Source: Chiloscyllium plagiosum (Eukaryota). From it: 64,000 nt of DNA. Below are positions 1-12,830 of this stretch, piece by piece; position 1 is the stretch's first letter; each line of letters opens with the position of its first letter. The position numbers and the translations under genes were made by a program. Below the pieces are notes generated by a model, which had not been told where the DNA came from, searched no databases, and saw only the letters and a program-made list of their open reading frames with translations. Location: assembly GCF_004010195.1 (NCBI RefSeq), contig NC_057749.1:25850033-25914032 (forward strand). Reading direction: 5' to 3'.

Positions 1-56
1 CCCCAGCCTCCCCCCCCCCCCACTTAACTCTCCACCCTGGAGGCTCCCTGCTTCCT

Positions 57-88
57 TCCTGATGAAGGGCTTTTGCCTGAAACATCGA
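57..88 (+). ncRNA. Minimal hammerhead motif (family B), CpG-decayed
   Basis: TC-CTGATGA-A-GGGC-tttt-GCCT-GAAA-CATC-GA, within a Penelope terminal fragment (about 1-187). Confidence 0.7.
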
Positions 89-1075
89 TTTTCCTGCTCC
101 TCGGAAGCTGTCTGACCTGCTGTGCATTTCCAACACCACTCTAATCTAAACTCTGGTTTCCAGTATCTACAGTCCTCACTTTTGCCTTGCACTATCTTCA
201 GGTCATCAAGAAAGACCAAAGAGAGGCCGATTGGTAGCCAGAAACGCACCCCTCCAACCAAATGATTGTTTCCCTCATCTGCCACCAGCTAAACAGATGT
301 ATAAGTCACCAGAAAGATTGTGGAGCAGACCATCAGAGGCATAGGCTGTGATTCCACAGCCAAGACTGCACAGGGATTCTAACAGCAGATAGCAAAGTTC
401 ATTGTGACAGAGACGAGGAAACTTTTCTTTCTCAGAGGGTTGTGCTTCTTTGAAATTCACTTCCTCAAAAGGCAGTGAATGCAGAATCTGTAAATATTTT
501 TAAGGCAGAAGTGGATTCCTGATCACTGAGGGGGGAAAGATTCTTGGGGATATGCAGGAATGTAGGGTTGAGTTTACAATCAGATCAGCCATCAGCTTAT
601 TGAATGGTGGAGCAGACTCAAGTGATCACGGGGCTTATTCTTTTTGCTTGTTTGTGCGGTCTAATGCTTCAAGCATTGTGCTCTCATGAGAGTGCAGCTA
701 TTTCCACCAGGCACATTGAGAGAAGGAAGAAGAGGAGGAGGCAGGGAAGAGACATCCAGGTCTGAACAGATTGTAATGGAATCATAGAGTCATACAGCAC
801 AGAAACAGACCCTTTGGTCCAACCAGTCCATGCCGATATAATTCCAATAAACTAGCCCCACCTGCCTGCACTTGGCCCATATCCCTCCAAACATTTCTTA
901 ATCATGTACTTATCCAAATGTCTTTTAAACTGTACCCATATCCATCACTTCCTCTGGAAACTCATAGACTTCATTTCCCTTGGGAGACATTCCCCTTACC
1001 ACCACCCCTTCACTAATCTCTGCTTTTCCATCCATCTGTGACGTTAACTCACAGTTCACTCTTGATTAAGATTCT

Positions 1076-1685
1076 TTTGGATGTAGGTTTGCTCGCTGAG
1101 CTGAAAGGTTCATTTTCAGATGTTTAATTACCTTACTAGGTAACATCTTCAGTGGACCTCAGGCGAAGCAATGCTGAAAATTCCTGCTTTCTATTTATAT
1201 GTTTGGGTTTCTACATTGGACAAACAGGCAGAAAACTAGCCACCAGGATACATGAACACCAACTAACCACAAAAAGACACAACCCTCTCTCACTTGTATC
1301 CTCACATACGGAGGAGGAAGGACACCACTTCGACTGGGACAATACAGCCATCTTCAGACAAGCCAAACAAAGACACACACGAGAATTCCTAGAAGCACGG
1401 GATTCCAACCGGAACTCTATCAACAAACCCATTTACCACCCCTGAGAAAAAGAACCAGAAGTGACTTCACCACAGGAAATAACACCACCACAGGAAATGT
1501 CATCACCAACCCAAAGAAACCCAAACATATAAATAGAAAGCAGGAATTTTCAGCATTGCTTCTCATGAGGCCCACTGAAGATGTTACCTAGTAGGGTAAC
1601 AAAATGTCTGGAAATGAACCTTTCAGCTCAGCGAGCAAACCTACATCCAAAACCTCAACCTGAGCTACAAATCTTCTCAAAACTC
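1076..1685 (+). mobile_element. 5'-truncated Penelope-like element with GIY-YIG remnant, inverted pLTR and 3' tail
   Basis: YIGQTGRKLATRIHEH..HHFDWDN..REFLEA. 1076-1212 is the inverse of about 1515-1652, followed by a tail of about 33 nt. TSD attaagattct (1065-1075 and 1686-1696). Confidence 0.92.
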
Positions 1686-3059
1686 ATTAAGATTCTGCAA
1701 TAAAAGACAATGGTTAAAAACACTTTGTGTATTTGCTTGTTGCCTGTTTTATTGGGGTCCACTGTTCCCATGTGGTGCTACTGCAGTGGTTGTAACAAGA
1801 TGCTTACTTATTCTGAGGGGAAGCCACTGGTGGCTTTGCACAATGATCTCCAGCAGCTTTGAGACGATCAGGGGGCTCCAGTTTCAAAAAGCAGATGGGT
1901 ATCACCATTAGGTTAGCTGAGAGGCACGAGCTAGAGTAAGTGACAGGGGGCAATGCTGCCTCCAACAGAAGGCTGGTTTTCCACAATCACTCCCATGAAC
2001 CTTTGTAAGGTTGCAGTCCAGAATGTTAGAGCCTTCAAGGACATCTTTGAGCACTGAGGTACAAGTAACATCATCATGGTTCCAAAGGGCTACTCTCTCA
2101 TAGAGACAGATAACTTAACCATACACAAGTGACTTTCGTCGTGACTATAGCCAGTGCAGGAATTGAACCCACATTGTTGACCTCAGTCATTACAAACCAG
2201 CCATAGAGCCACTGAGCTCAGCAACATGAGCACTGCTGCAGTCTGAGCTGCTGCTGAGGTATTGGATAGATTCTATCTGTCCTGTGGTGCTGCTGTGGGC
2301 GGGTCAAAAATGAAGATCGTTATCCAAAGAGCTCTTACAAAATTGAGGTTTGAACAGGTTTTTTTTAACTACCTGTATATAGGTCTCTTAGTCTCACACT
2401 GTCAGACCAAATAACCTGCTCCTGTATTGCAAATATCTTTTGGCTGTACGTTTGTAACAATGTGTTGTTTAATATCATTTCTAGCCTTCCCCATTACAAC
2501 TCATAATCTGTTGCTTTGGATAAACTTTAAATAAATGAAGCAAGTAAATAGTCTGATTAACTCATTACGGAAACTGTTGTTTCCATTCCCATAATGTAAT
2601 TTAGTTATATAATGCAGCGTAATCAATGTGCCAAAATTGCCAAAAGTTTCAAATGATGTAGCTTGAAGCCTTGTTTCTAATAATTGATGAATAATAAATT
2701 GCCTCATAAAGGAGCTCGATCCAATCTTCATTTGCAAAAGAGCCATTGTCGCCTTTAAAAGTCAGTCACTCCCCTCCAACTCCATTTTGATTTAGCCCCT
2801 TCCTATTCTCTCGAACTGCCCCTCACTTTCGATGGTGTGTATTGTCCACAATGGGCTTTGCATGTGTTACTCGATTGGCTATTCGAGTGATTACTGATGG
2901 TAGTTAAAAGAAAAAAAGTGGGAGAAAAGTCATGGTGATTTTGGTGGTGGGAAATTTATTCAGGTGTGTGTAACAGCACTTTGGAGTATAATTGAGAACA
3001 AAGAAGAGAAAGTCTATCACCAGGTTGGAAGAGCAGGATAGAATGATGGCACACATTCT

Positions 3060-3178
3060 TGGGCTTTTGTGGCACAGTGGTGGTGTCCCTACCTCTGAGG
3101 CAGGAGACCCGGTTTCAAGTCTTACCTGCTCCAGAGATGTGGAATGACATCTCTAAACAGGTCGATTAGAAAATATGT
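3060..3178 (+). mobile_element. Short (about 120 bp) tRNA-derived SINE; relatives at about 6485-6590, 6670-6760 and 63785-63885
   Basis: tggcacagtggt A box, gtttcaagtc B box, shared end ttagaaaatat. Confidence 0.6.
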
Positions 3179-3231
3179 TAGAATGATGAAGTTCAAAGTG
3201 AGATGCTTCCTTGAACCCCTTTTCATGGACT

Positions 3232-3532
3232 AAAGTGGCACAATAGCTCAGTGGTTAGCACTTCTGCCTCACATCATCAGGGACTCTGGTTCGATTCCAC
3301 CCTTGGGTGAATTTGCACATCCTCCCTGTGCTTACGTGGGTGTGCTCCGGTTTCCTCCCACAGTCCAAAGATGTGCAGGTCATGTGGATTAGGGATTGTG
3401 TTGAGGGATGGAATAGCCGTGCAAAATGCAGGATTACAGAGATGGGGTTGGTCTGGGTGATATACTTTCTCAGAGGGTTGGTGTGGACTTGAAGGGCCGA
3501 AAAGCCTGCTTCCACACAGTATAGATTCTATG
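3232..3532 (+). mobile_element. HE1-type SINE
   Basis: Same head, core and tail as the 57753 copy. Confidence 0.8.
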
Positions 3533-3629
3533 AAACTGATTCATAATCTCCTCCCCATAACTGAAGAAAAACTGTGGAAATAGCAAAAACATAGTTTGTC
3601 AACACATTACCGCATGTGGCTACCTGCCA

Positions 3630-4550
3630 GCACTCTCAGCTGGGAGTCAGATAGTTGTTGATTCAAGTTCCATTACGGGAGTGGACTACAAAGATCTAAT
3701 ACACTACTGATTGATTAATTGATTTATTTATTGTCACGTGTACCTGTTACAGCTATTTGTTGCAAATACAGCAAAAAGTGTTGTATAATGTCACTACATC
3801 TGGAGCCATCTTAATAAAAAGTAGAAAACAAACTATAACACAGAATATAAATGTAATAAAAAATAAATTAAGTTAAAAGTTTAATGTTACATTCCATCTT
3901 GTTAAGTGCCATGAGTCTGGATCTAGGTTCTTCCACCCCGACGCTGAGTCCAACACCAGTGCGAAGCAATTGGCTGGCCTTAAGCCCCTTTGCCACAAAG
4001 CTGCCCTTGGAACCACCTGAGGGAATGCTACACTGTCAGAGGAATCATCTTTCAGATCAATCATTAAATCAAGGTCTTGTTTGTCCTCTTGGGATGGATG
4101 TCTGAATATCCACTGAAACTATTTTGAAGAGAAGGGGAGCTGTCCTCCAGGCAATATTGATCCCTTGAGCAAAATCACAACAACTGGGTTATCTGGTCAT
4201 GGGCATGTTGCTGTTTGTGAGAGTTTGCTGCAATCCCTTATTATATAAATTGTGGCAAAGTTTCAAAAGAGCTTTGAATGAAGGCAAAACACTGAGGATG
4301 CTGTAAATCTGAAACAAACACAGGGAATGATGCAGAAACTCAACAGGTCTGGCAAAAACTGTGGAAACAGTAACATTTTGAGTCGACTTTCGATACTGAA
4401 CTCTGTGTCTCTCTTCATGGGTGCTGTCAGAACTTCCGAGGTTCTCCAGTATTCTTTGTGTTCGGTTCAAAAGTGCTTCATTGGCGGGAAAGCACTTTGG
4501 GAGCTGCTGGGGTTGTGAAAGACACTGTAAGAATGCAAGTCTTTTTCATT
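3630..4550 (+). mobile_element. DeuSINE split by two later insertions (about 3705-4015 and 4285-4470); another copy at about 51670-51950
   Basis: tgagggaatgctacactgtcagagg..tctttcagat..ttatctggtcat..ttcattggc..aagcactttggg..aatgcaagtc. Confidence 0.65.
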
Positions 4551-5135
4551 TCTGCACCTCTTTAGGTGAGAGTTATCATCAACTTCATAAAACACAAGTC
4601 TCCAGGACTATAAATTGAAACACAAATGGCAATGCTCCGTCAATTAGAATCAACTTGCCAACTATTATATGGTTCTTAGAGCTAAAGGGATCAAAGGACA
4701 TGGGCAGGAAGTAAGAACAGCCTACTGAGTTGGCTGATCACCCACAATCATATCCTCTGACTGAGTGGAGCTGAGGGACCTACTCCTGCTCCCAGCTTCT
4801 ATGTTTCTGTGTAATCAGCACCAATTTCTTCAGTCACATGAATTGTTGAGTTTGAAATCTGACATTTTTGCATCTGTTCTGATAAGGTTAAGTTAAAATG
4901 CTTCAACGATATCTCTCTATCATCAACAAGGTTCAAGTTCTGTTTTACCAGGCTGTTGTTTGAATGTACTTGTATACCGAAACAGGAGAGGCTGCAGAAC
5001 TGGCTCCAACTCACCTGAGGCACTCTAGCAAATTTCAAACTGTACTTTCATTTCGGCAATAGGCACTGGAGGTAAGTTGAAAATGTGTTGCTGGAAAAGC
5101 GCAGCAGGTCAGGCAGCATCCAAGGAACAGGAGAA

Positions 5136-5167
5136 TCGACGTTTCGGGCATAAGCCCTTCTTCAGGA
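5136..5167 (-). ncRNA. Minimal hammerhead motif, intact core (family B)
   Basis: Minus: TC-CTGAAGA-A-GGGC-ttat-GCCC-GAAA-CGTC-GA, within a Penelope pLTR fragment (about 5075-5167). Confidence 0.8.
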
Positions 5168-5463
5168 GGTAAGTTGTCTTGTGTTTTGACTAATAAATTT
5201 CAAGAAGCTTCCTCATATTACAATAGTATAAGCTGCCTCTTGACTGGTGTCCGCGATTCAATTCAATCTGAGCTGATCATTTTCTCCTTGCCGTTGCCTC
5301 CTAAGAATCACAATCAAACCCAGTGCTGGAAGGCAATCTTATCCTGGACAACACAGCAGCAGAGAAAAAAAGATCAAATCTGCTGTGATTTGCCTTGAGT
5401 ACATGCAGATTATTCAAATGAAGTTCAAGCAAGAGGCAAGTACTCTGTGCTCTTGATGCCTTT

Positions 5464-5492
5464 AGAGACAGAGAGAGAGAGAGAGAGAGAGA
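5464..5492. repeat. (GA)n microsatellite
   Basis: Seen directly. Confidence 0.9.
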
Positions 5493-5625
5493 GGTGGGCA
5501 CCGTCAGGGATGGAAAGCTTTATTATCCCCTCCAACTCCATTTTGATTTAGATCCCTCCTTCTCTCCCTACTCCCACTTACTTTTTCAATGTCAGTATTA
5601 CCCTTAACATGCTTTGCTTGTTATT

Positions 5626-6095
5626 TGGTTTGATTTATTATTGTCACATGTACAGTGAAAAATTTTGTTTTGCGTTCAATAAAGGCAGATCATACCATAC
5701 AAAGTGCATGAGGGTAAAAGAACGGAGCGTGGATTACAATGTTACAGCTGCAGAGAAGGTGCACAAAGAGTGAGATCAACATTAAATTTCAAAATAACAG
5801 CAGTGAAGAAGCTGTTCTTGAATCTGTTAGTACGTGTGTTTAGGCTTTTGTATCTTTTTCCTCACAGAAGAGCTTGTTAGTGATTATAACCGGGGTGGGA
5901 GGGGTCTTTGATGATGTTGGCTGCCATTCCGAGGCATCACAAAGTGTAGATGGAGGCAGTGGATGGAAGGTTGGTTTGGATGATGGACTGGGCTGTGTTT
6001 ATAACTCTCTGTAGTTTCCTACAGTCCGGGACAAAGCAGTTGCCATACCAATAGATTGCTTCCAATAGAATGCTTTCTATGGTGCACCTACAATA
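5626..6095 (-). mobile_element. Rex1/Babar-like LINE 3' fragment; related tail at about 33770-33957
   Basis: Minus strand encodes RCTIESIL and WYGNC, and ends gtgacaataataaatc. Confidence 0.75.
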
Positions 6096-6164
6096 CACAA
6101 ATGTTAAGGCCAGTTAGATGTTTTCCAGGTGATGGTAAAATAATCACGATAAAGTCTTCATGAT

Positions 6165-6402
6165 TAGCACTGCTGCCTCCGGGTGCTCCAGTTTCCTCCC
6201 CACAACCCAAAGATGTGCAAATAAGATGAACTGGCCATGCTCAATTGCCCATGGTGTTCAAGGATGTGTTGGTTAGGTGCATCAGTCAGGGGTAAATGTA
6301 GAATATTAGGGTAGGAGAATGGGTCTGGGTGGGTTACTCTTCAGAGGGTCAGTGTGGACTTGTTGGGCCAAATGACCTGTTTCCACACTGTAGGGATTCT
6401 AT
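6165..6402 (+). mobile_element. HE1-type SINE, internally deleted
   Basis: Core and tail match other copies. Confidence 0.75.
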
Positions 6403-7369
6403 ATAACCACAGGTGATTTGCTTTAAAAAATAAACTAAAGGGTACTTTGTTGGCCCTACACACAAAACAAATTAAGTAGATACAGGGGGCCCTCTTGTGG
6501 CAAAGTGGTAGTTTCCTCTCAATCTGAGCCAGGGGCCTGGGTTCAATCCCATCTGCTCCCGATGTGCACCATAACATTTAGAAAATATCTAAAAAGGGTC
6601 AGCTCAGTAATTGGAGCCATTTTCATTAATTCCTATCACTAAGGTTGACTCTCTCATCTCTTCTGTTACACTGGTACTGTCCCTACTTCTCGAGTGGACG
6701 ACCAGCTTCAAGTCCCATCTGCTTCAGAACATGTCCAAACACAACAGTTGAAAATATAAAAGAAAGTACACTGCTTTTAGCATATAACAGATGATTAAAT
6801 TTTAGGGCCAAGCATTCTTTATCCTGAGAGTCACAGGAACAAATGTGCTCAAGTGGAGGGCAATGATGAAACTTGTCTGAATACTCAGGAGCCAAAGTAA
6901 ATGGAAATTTCTGTGCTCAGGCTGCAGCTAAATCATTACATTTTAGTGACACTGTTTGCATTAACTAATGATAGGTCAAAAGCCTTTTAAAAATCACAAG
7001 GTTTCCACGTATCATCAATAAACAGAAGAAGGTTTAACTAAATGGAAATGAGTAGAATTTATTGACTATAAATCCTTTGTGGTGTGACACTTATGGTGAG
7101 GCTTCACCTTCTCTTGGGGATAAGCTGAAATGTCCCTGTGGGGGAGTTGCAAAGCTATAACAAATCTAGCTGTGTGAAGTTGACAATCAGTATCTGTCTG
7201 AACAAGCAATTAAACATGGGTTGTGTTTTGTCTAAATTCTAAGATATCTGTCGTCCCTGACAAGCATGTTAAACTTTGGGCCCCTTCACTCCTGCAAACA
7301 CGCTGACCAAAAATCACTCAAAGGAGACTGATCACATTTGGGAAACTGTTAAATAATGCACTCATACGT

Positions 7370-8285
7370 AATATCTCTCCTCCAGTCGCTCGGGCTCGCA
7401 AATAACTTGCTTCCTGACCAGTTCAATAAGGTCAGAGGTGGCTGGTAAGTCCAAAGTGTAACATGCAGATACCAAAACACGCAGGGTGGTTGAAGGGTTG
7501 GTAGATGGATTGTTGGAGGTTTGTGCACTTTCTCTGATACTTCAGCTTCACCTCAATGTCTTGCCAACTCAGCCCCTTGTTGTTGTTGGTCCTTTCCGAA
7601 ATGAACCTTCTCCATTTCAGTCAGTTACGACAAAGGGATTCCCACGAATCAACAAGAATGTTTGACCTCCTCAAGGACATTTTTGACTATATCCCTCAAG
7701 CATTTATATTGCTTTCCTGGCAGTGAGTTTGGATGACTTTAGCTGTCTGGTGTCAGGATTGGTTTGCATTCATGTAGAATTCTGAGCTCAAAAACTGCAT
7801 GAATTTATGTAAAACTCTGTTATCTCACTTTTTAGATTAGAATCAATCTAAACATCATGGCATAGACAGAGAACACAGGGGGCTAACACCTTCAACATAT
7901 GGTAAAAACAATGACTGCAGATGCTGGAAACCATTTTAAAAAAAGGGTTTTGTGATTTACACATGAATAGAAGTGAAACTATCACTGTATTCTAACAGAT
8001 GAAAGGCTTAACAGACAATCAATTTTTCAATGTATAATTTCAGTTACATCACACTGTAAATTTTTGCTATAAATTCTGTGTTACGATCGAGCCCTCCACT
8101 ATCACCTGATGAAGGAGCGTCGCTCCGAAAGCTAGTGTACTTCCAGTTAAACCTGTTGGACTATAACCTGATGTTGTGTGGTTTTTTAACGGTGTCAGGA
8201 AGGTGTCTTGCCCAGTGGAGCTGGTTTTGAGTGATTAATGCCTCAATGCAGAGCATGTTGGCTTAGGGGAGGACACTGCTGTTGT
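7370..8285 (-). mobile_element. Decayed RTE-like LINE fragment interrupted by Penelope-derived pieces (about 7780-8190)
   Basis: Weak resemblance to the RTE RT C-terminus; similarity resumes after 8190 (ggtgtcagga). Confidence 0.4.
8103..8137 (+). ncRNA. Minimal type I hammerhead ribozyme motif, intact (family A)
   Basis: CAC-CTGATGA-A-GGAGC-gtc-GCTCC-GAAA-GCTA-GTG: stem I, core, stem II, GAAA, palindromic AGCT. Predicted cleavage after 8134. Confidence 0.85.
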
Positions 8286-8869
8286 TATGATTGATAATGC
8301 ACTCAAAGATAAATTGTCTCTTTGGGAGTGACACAGATTTCATGTGATTTATTTGATTGGTGTCCCTCAGAAAGAATGGCAAAATATGGGATTACTCAGA
8401 GGCAACCTGGAATATCTGAAGCATGGTCAGAAATATTTAATGCATAACCCAACCTGCACTTTTAAACTCATTACACTTAGTTTGCAAATCCGGGTAACGA
8501 TAACTAGTTATAAATTTATTACTGGATAAGTCAGTGGTTTTGTAAATGCCAAAAGACTGACTGCACGTTCAGTCAGTTCAAAATTTCTGTCTTGATTCTC
8601 ACACCCATTCCTTTCCAAATAATGACAGCTCTGGTAGACAAACAATGTTCACTCCCACACAGCTGTAAGTTCCCACAGATGCGGTCACAGGGTTCTGGAG
8701 ATAGAACATTTCCACAGATGCAGACAGTTAAAAACACAAAAAGCCTGGTTTTTATCATACTGATTAACTGGAAGAAGAAGCTAGCACCAAAATGCACTGG
8801 TGCATGTAGCCCCGAATACAGACAAAATCATTATACTTAACTACACAGATTTTTTAAGTAAAATATGAA

Positions 8870-9290
8870 AGAGAAAGACTTGCTTTGTACAGCACCTTTC
8901 ACAATCTCAGGATATCCCAAAGCACTTTACAGCCAATTAAGTATTTTTTGAAGTGTAGTCAGTGTTGTAAAGTGGGATGCACAGGAGATCATTTGTACAC
9001 AGCAAGATCCCAGAAGAACCATTGGGAAATGACCATATTGTTTGCTTTTAGTTAATGCTAGTTGATGGATTGCATATTGTAGTCGACCAACACATCTGTT
9101 GCTCTCTTTCATTGCAATGCCTTTGAGACATTTTATGTCCTCCTCAGAGATCAGGTTGGGCATCAGTTTAAAGTTTCATCTGAAAGACAGCACCTCTTAC
9201 GGTGCAGCATTCTCCCAGTACTGAATGCGTGAGCCTAGACTTTGTATTCAGTTCTGTGAATCAACAGCAAGTCTGCAACTTACTGACCCA
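8870..9290 (-). mobile_element. DeuSINE (SacSINE1/AmnSINE-like)
   Basis: Reverse complement of Deu-domain-like sequence (aggtgctgtctttcagatgaaac..aaaatgtc) and an L2-like tail. Confidence 0.7.
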
Positions 9291-9724
9291 CAGCTTTCTG
9301 CATGGTTCCTACAATAAAATGTTGCTGAAAGTCAAGCAAATAAAACATGAATTACTGGCATCATTTTCCACGTGTGCTGCTGATAACAATCTCCATCTAT
9401 GGAATTTGTGCCAGATTGCAGGAAAGATTTGAGACAAGGTCTATTACCTTCCAACATGCAGAACCAATAGCTCAGAACTCAGTGTGTTGACTTTTGTATT
9501 ATTTTTGACACAATATTCTGATCCTCTCTCCATTGCATGTTCCCCTCCCACCCTCTCATCAAGCCGGCTTGGATTGCCAATATCATCATTTATTCAGTCT
9601 GGCCAGGTCAAAACCTGGAACACCCTTCCTTAATATACTGCAGCAGTTCAAGGCAGCTCATCATCACCTTCTCAAGGGAAATTAGGAAAGGGCAATAAAT
9701 GCTAGCCCGGCCAGTGACATCCAA

Positions 9725-10175
9725 GTCTTAGCAGGACTTATACACTTAATGGTAAGGTCCGAGGGAGTATTGCTGAACAAAGAGACCTTGGAATGCAGGT
9801 TCATAGCTCCTTGAAAGTGGAGTCGCAGGTAGATAGGATAGTGAAGAAGGCGTTTGGTATGCTTTCCTTTATTGGTCAGAGTATTGAGTACAGGAGTTGG
9901 GAGGTCATGGATATAAAAGAGACCTAAGGGACAACTTTTTCACGCAGAGGGTGGTACATGTATGGAATGAGCTGCCAGAGGATGTGGTGGAGGCTGGTAC
10001 AATTGCAACTTTTAAGAGGCATTTGGATGGGTATATGAATAGGAAGGGTTTGGAGGGATATGGGCCGAGTGCTGGCAGGTAGGAATAGATTGGGTTGGGA
10101 TATCTGGTCGGCATGGACGGGTTGGACTGAAGGATCTGGATCCATGCTGTACATCTCTATGACTCCATGACTCTA
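9725..10175 (+). mobile_element. CR1 (HER1-like) 3' fragment with an internal deletion
   Basis: NFFTQRVVHVWNELP, tail (ctatga)n-like. A fuller sister copy is at 38596-39230. Confidence 0.9.
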
Positions 10176-10211
10176 AGAGTGAATTGTTAAAATAATGCTG
10201 GTGCTCAACAT

Positions 10212-10872
10212 TGTTGAAGTTGGTTAAAAATAGCTGGAGGACTGTGAGAGCTAAAATCAACAATACGCAACAACAAAAATCAGCTTGTTCCGATAAAAAT
10301 GAGTCTTTATTGACAATAGAACTGTATGCAGATGGCTAAACTTGGAAGAGAGAGACAGCTGCTCGCAGTTCTCTACTTCTCTCTCAAGTTTGCGCTTACA
10401 GAGAGAAAAGCAGGAATACTTATACTTAAAACTTATCAATAGCTATCAAAAACTATCACTAGAGGTTAGTCATCAATTAGACCAGTACATTGAATTATGA
10501 TCTGGGTTATTACTTCAGAGATTTATCATATAGACCTCCAAAACCTGGTGTCACATAAATTATCCCTAATCCCATCCTTGAAGGTGGCTCAAAGGATTTT
10601 ATGGAATGTCTTTACTTGGGTTAAGTCAGTATCACAAAATATATGTGGAGCTTGATCAAGCTCTGATGAGGTCTACCAAATTAAAGATTTAAGTGGATTC
10701 AGCCTACATCAAGTCCTGCTGAGGTTAGCAATGTTTTGAACTTTGTTATAGTCTTAACTTGTGTTGTGTCAGGCAGCTCTGGGGTTGTACAAAGGACAGT
10801 CAAGGGATATACTACAATCAGGGGTTGGCCAATTTTCCCATCATGCAGCTATCAGTTTCACACAATTCCACA
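10212..10872 (-). repeat. ERV 3' LTR (about 661 bp)
   Basis: Begins TG right after the polypurine tract aaaaggagggaa (10873-10884). AATAAA on minus near 10310. Homologous to 14156-14560. Confidence 0.88.
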
Positions 10873-12119
10873 TTCCCTCCTTTTGTCATATCATGACAAT
10901 CAGTTATATGAGAATATTAACAATTCAATTGAAAATACATTGGTACAAGCAAACAAGTAATCCTATTCCTACTAGCAATAGTAATATTAGTAAATAAGGT
11001 GTTAAAGATCCAATCAAACATTCTGTGACCCAACCAGCCCAACCAACCTGTTGGGTTATAATCAAGGAATTCCCTGCCAATCTTTTGTATTTGATCAGCA
11101 TGTCGCTTAATATGGTCAGTCGAGTTGGTGATATTCTCATGGGCATCTGGAATGTAAGTACAGCGCTCCTGACCTACAACAGCGCATGCTCCTCCCTGTA
11201 AGGCTAGCAGATAATCCAAAGCCAGTCGATTCTGTAATGCCACGGTCCGGACAGCCACCCAGCTCAGCTGGGACCTCAGCCAGTGCTTGTCCAGTTGCCC
11301 TGGCTTCTAAAGCTGTCTCATTTGCGAGGGGGTTCCAATGCTGAGGCCATGTAAATCAATTCATTGGATGACTGGCCTATTCCATACATTGGAAAGGACA
11401 TCACGAGCAACTGGTCTGTTCTGGTAATGGTCCTTTTGCCTCGTGGATGATAGTGCTTAAGGGAGGTCAGGTGATGCATATAGGTCACAACATAACCCAG
11501 ATAGCAGGATCCTATCCAATGAGTAGGAAGCCATGGGTAAACTTTGGTGTCACATATAAAGTATGTGCCATTATAAGCTATAAAATCATTAGCCAATGTC
11601 ATCCAAAGTTGTCAGGTGGAATAGTCCCATGGACTATTAGAAGTCATATTCCATACTCTGGACCAATTACAATTAAAAATCTCGTTATTAGAAATGTTTA
11701 CTACTGGCCCTTCCCAGTCAAATGTAAGGTGACACCTGCTTGCCCCATCAATTTTCCCTTTCCCAATTTTCTAAAGCATAGGGAACCTGTAGCATTATTC
11801 GAATGGACTGTAAGGGAAGGGAGAACTGAGTCGTGATTATATGCAGGTTGCTTCCATGTTGAAAATTTAGTCATCTCATAACCTGCTGATTCCTATATTC
11901 TCATATCCCTATTAATCCCTTGTTGTTCCAATGTAACATCCATTCAACTGTTACTGCTATGTAGAAAGGGAGGGGTTAGAGAGGTATTCCTTCCCTTAAA
12001 GGGATGAGGACATGTGTACAAATTCAACACTTACTTACATTCAATTTTTCAGCATATATATATTATTTATATATATTTATAACTGTAAATAGGTGTTTGC
12101 ATGCAGTTCCCGAGTAGGT

Positions 12120-12830
12120 CAATAGACAATAGACAATAGGTGCAGGAGTAGGCCATTCTGCCCTTCGAGCCTGCACCACCATTCAATATGATCACGGCTG
12201 ATCATCCTTAATCAGTATCCTGTTCCTGCCTTATCTCCATAACCCTTGATTCCACTATCCTTGAGAGCTCTATCCAACTCTTTCTTAAATGAATCCAGAG
12301 ACTGGGCCTCCACTGCCCTCTGGGGCATAGCATTCCATTCTGTTATCACTCTCTGAGTGAAGAAGTTTTTCTTCATCTCTGTACTAAATGGTCTCCCCAT
12401 ATTTTTAATTCTTTCCTGAAGAAGGGCTTATGCCCGAAACGTCGATTCTCCTGTTCCCTGGATGCTGCCTGACCTGCTGCGCTTTTCCAGCAACACATTT
12501 TCAGCTCTGATCTCCAGCATCTGCAGACCTCACTTTCTCCTGTCTCAATCAGATCCCTTCTCAGTCTTCTGAACTCAAGGGTATACAAGTCCAGTCGCTC
12601 CAGTCTTTCAGCATAAGGTAGTCCCTGCTGTACCTGAATGCTTACCTTCATTGACTGGTGTACAAGAACACCCAGATCTCTTTGTACTGCCCCTTTACCT
12701 GAATGGATTCCATTTAGGTAGCAATCTGCCTTCCTGTTCTTGCCACCAAAGTGGATAACCATACATTTATCCACATTAAACTGCATCTGCCATGTATCTG
12801 ACCACTCACCTAAACTGTGCAGGTTTCTTT
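12120..12830 (-). mobile_element. CR1 fragment inserted in ERV env
   Basis: WQMQFNVDKCMVIHFG..RDLGVLVH; FFTQRVITEWNAMP; tail (ctattgt)n. Confidence 0.9.
12414..12445 (+). ncRNA. Minimal hammerhead motif, intact core (family B), nested in CR1 within the ERV
   Basis: TC-CTGAAGA-A-GGGC-ttat-GCCC-GAAA-CGTC-GA; host fragment about 12408-12541. Confidence 0.8.

Noticed and set aside
3232..3310. tRNA-like heads here and in other SINE copies as tRNA genes
   Set aside because: They continue into SINE core and tail sequence, so they are SINE heads.
10660..10690. CTGATGAG in the ERV 3' LTR as a hammerhead core
   Set aside because: No stem II or GAAA follows, and the 5' LTR reads ctgacggg at this position.
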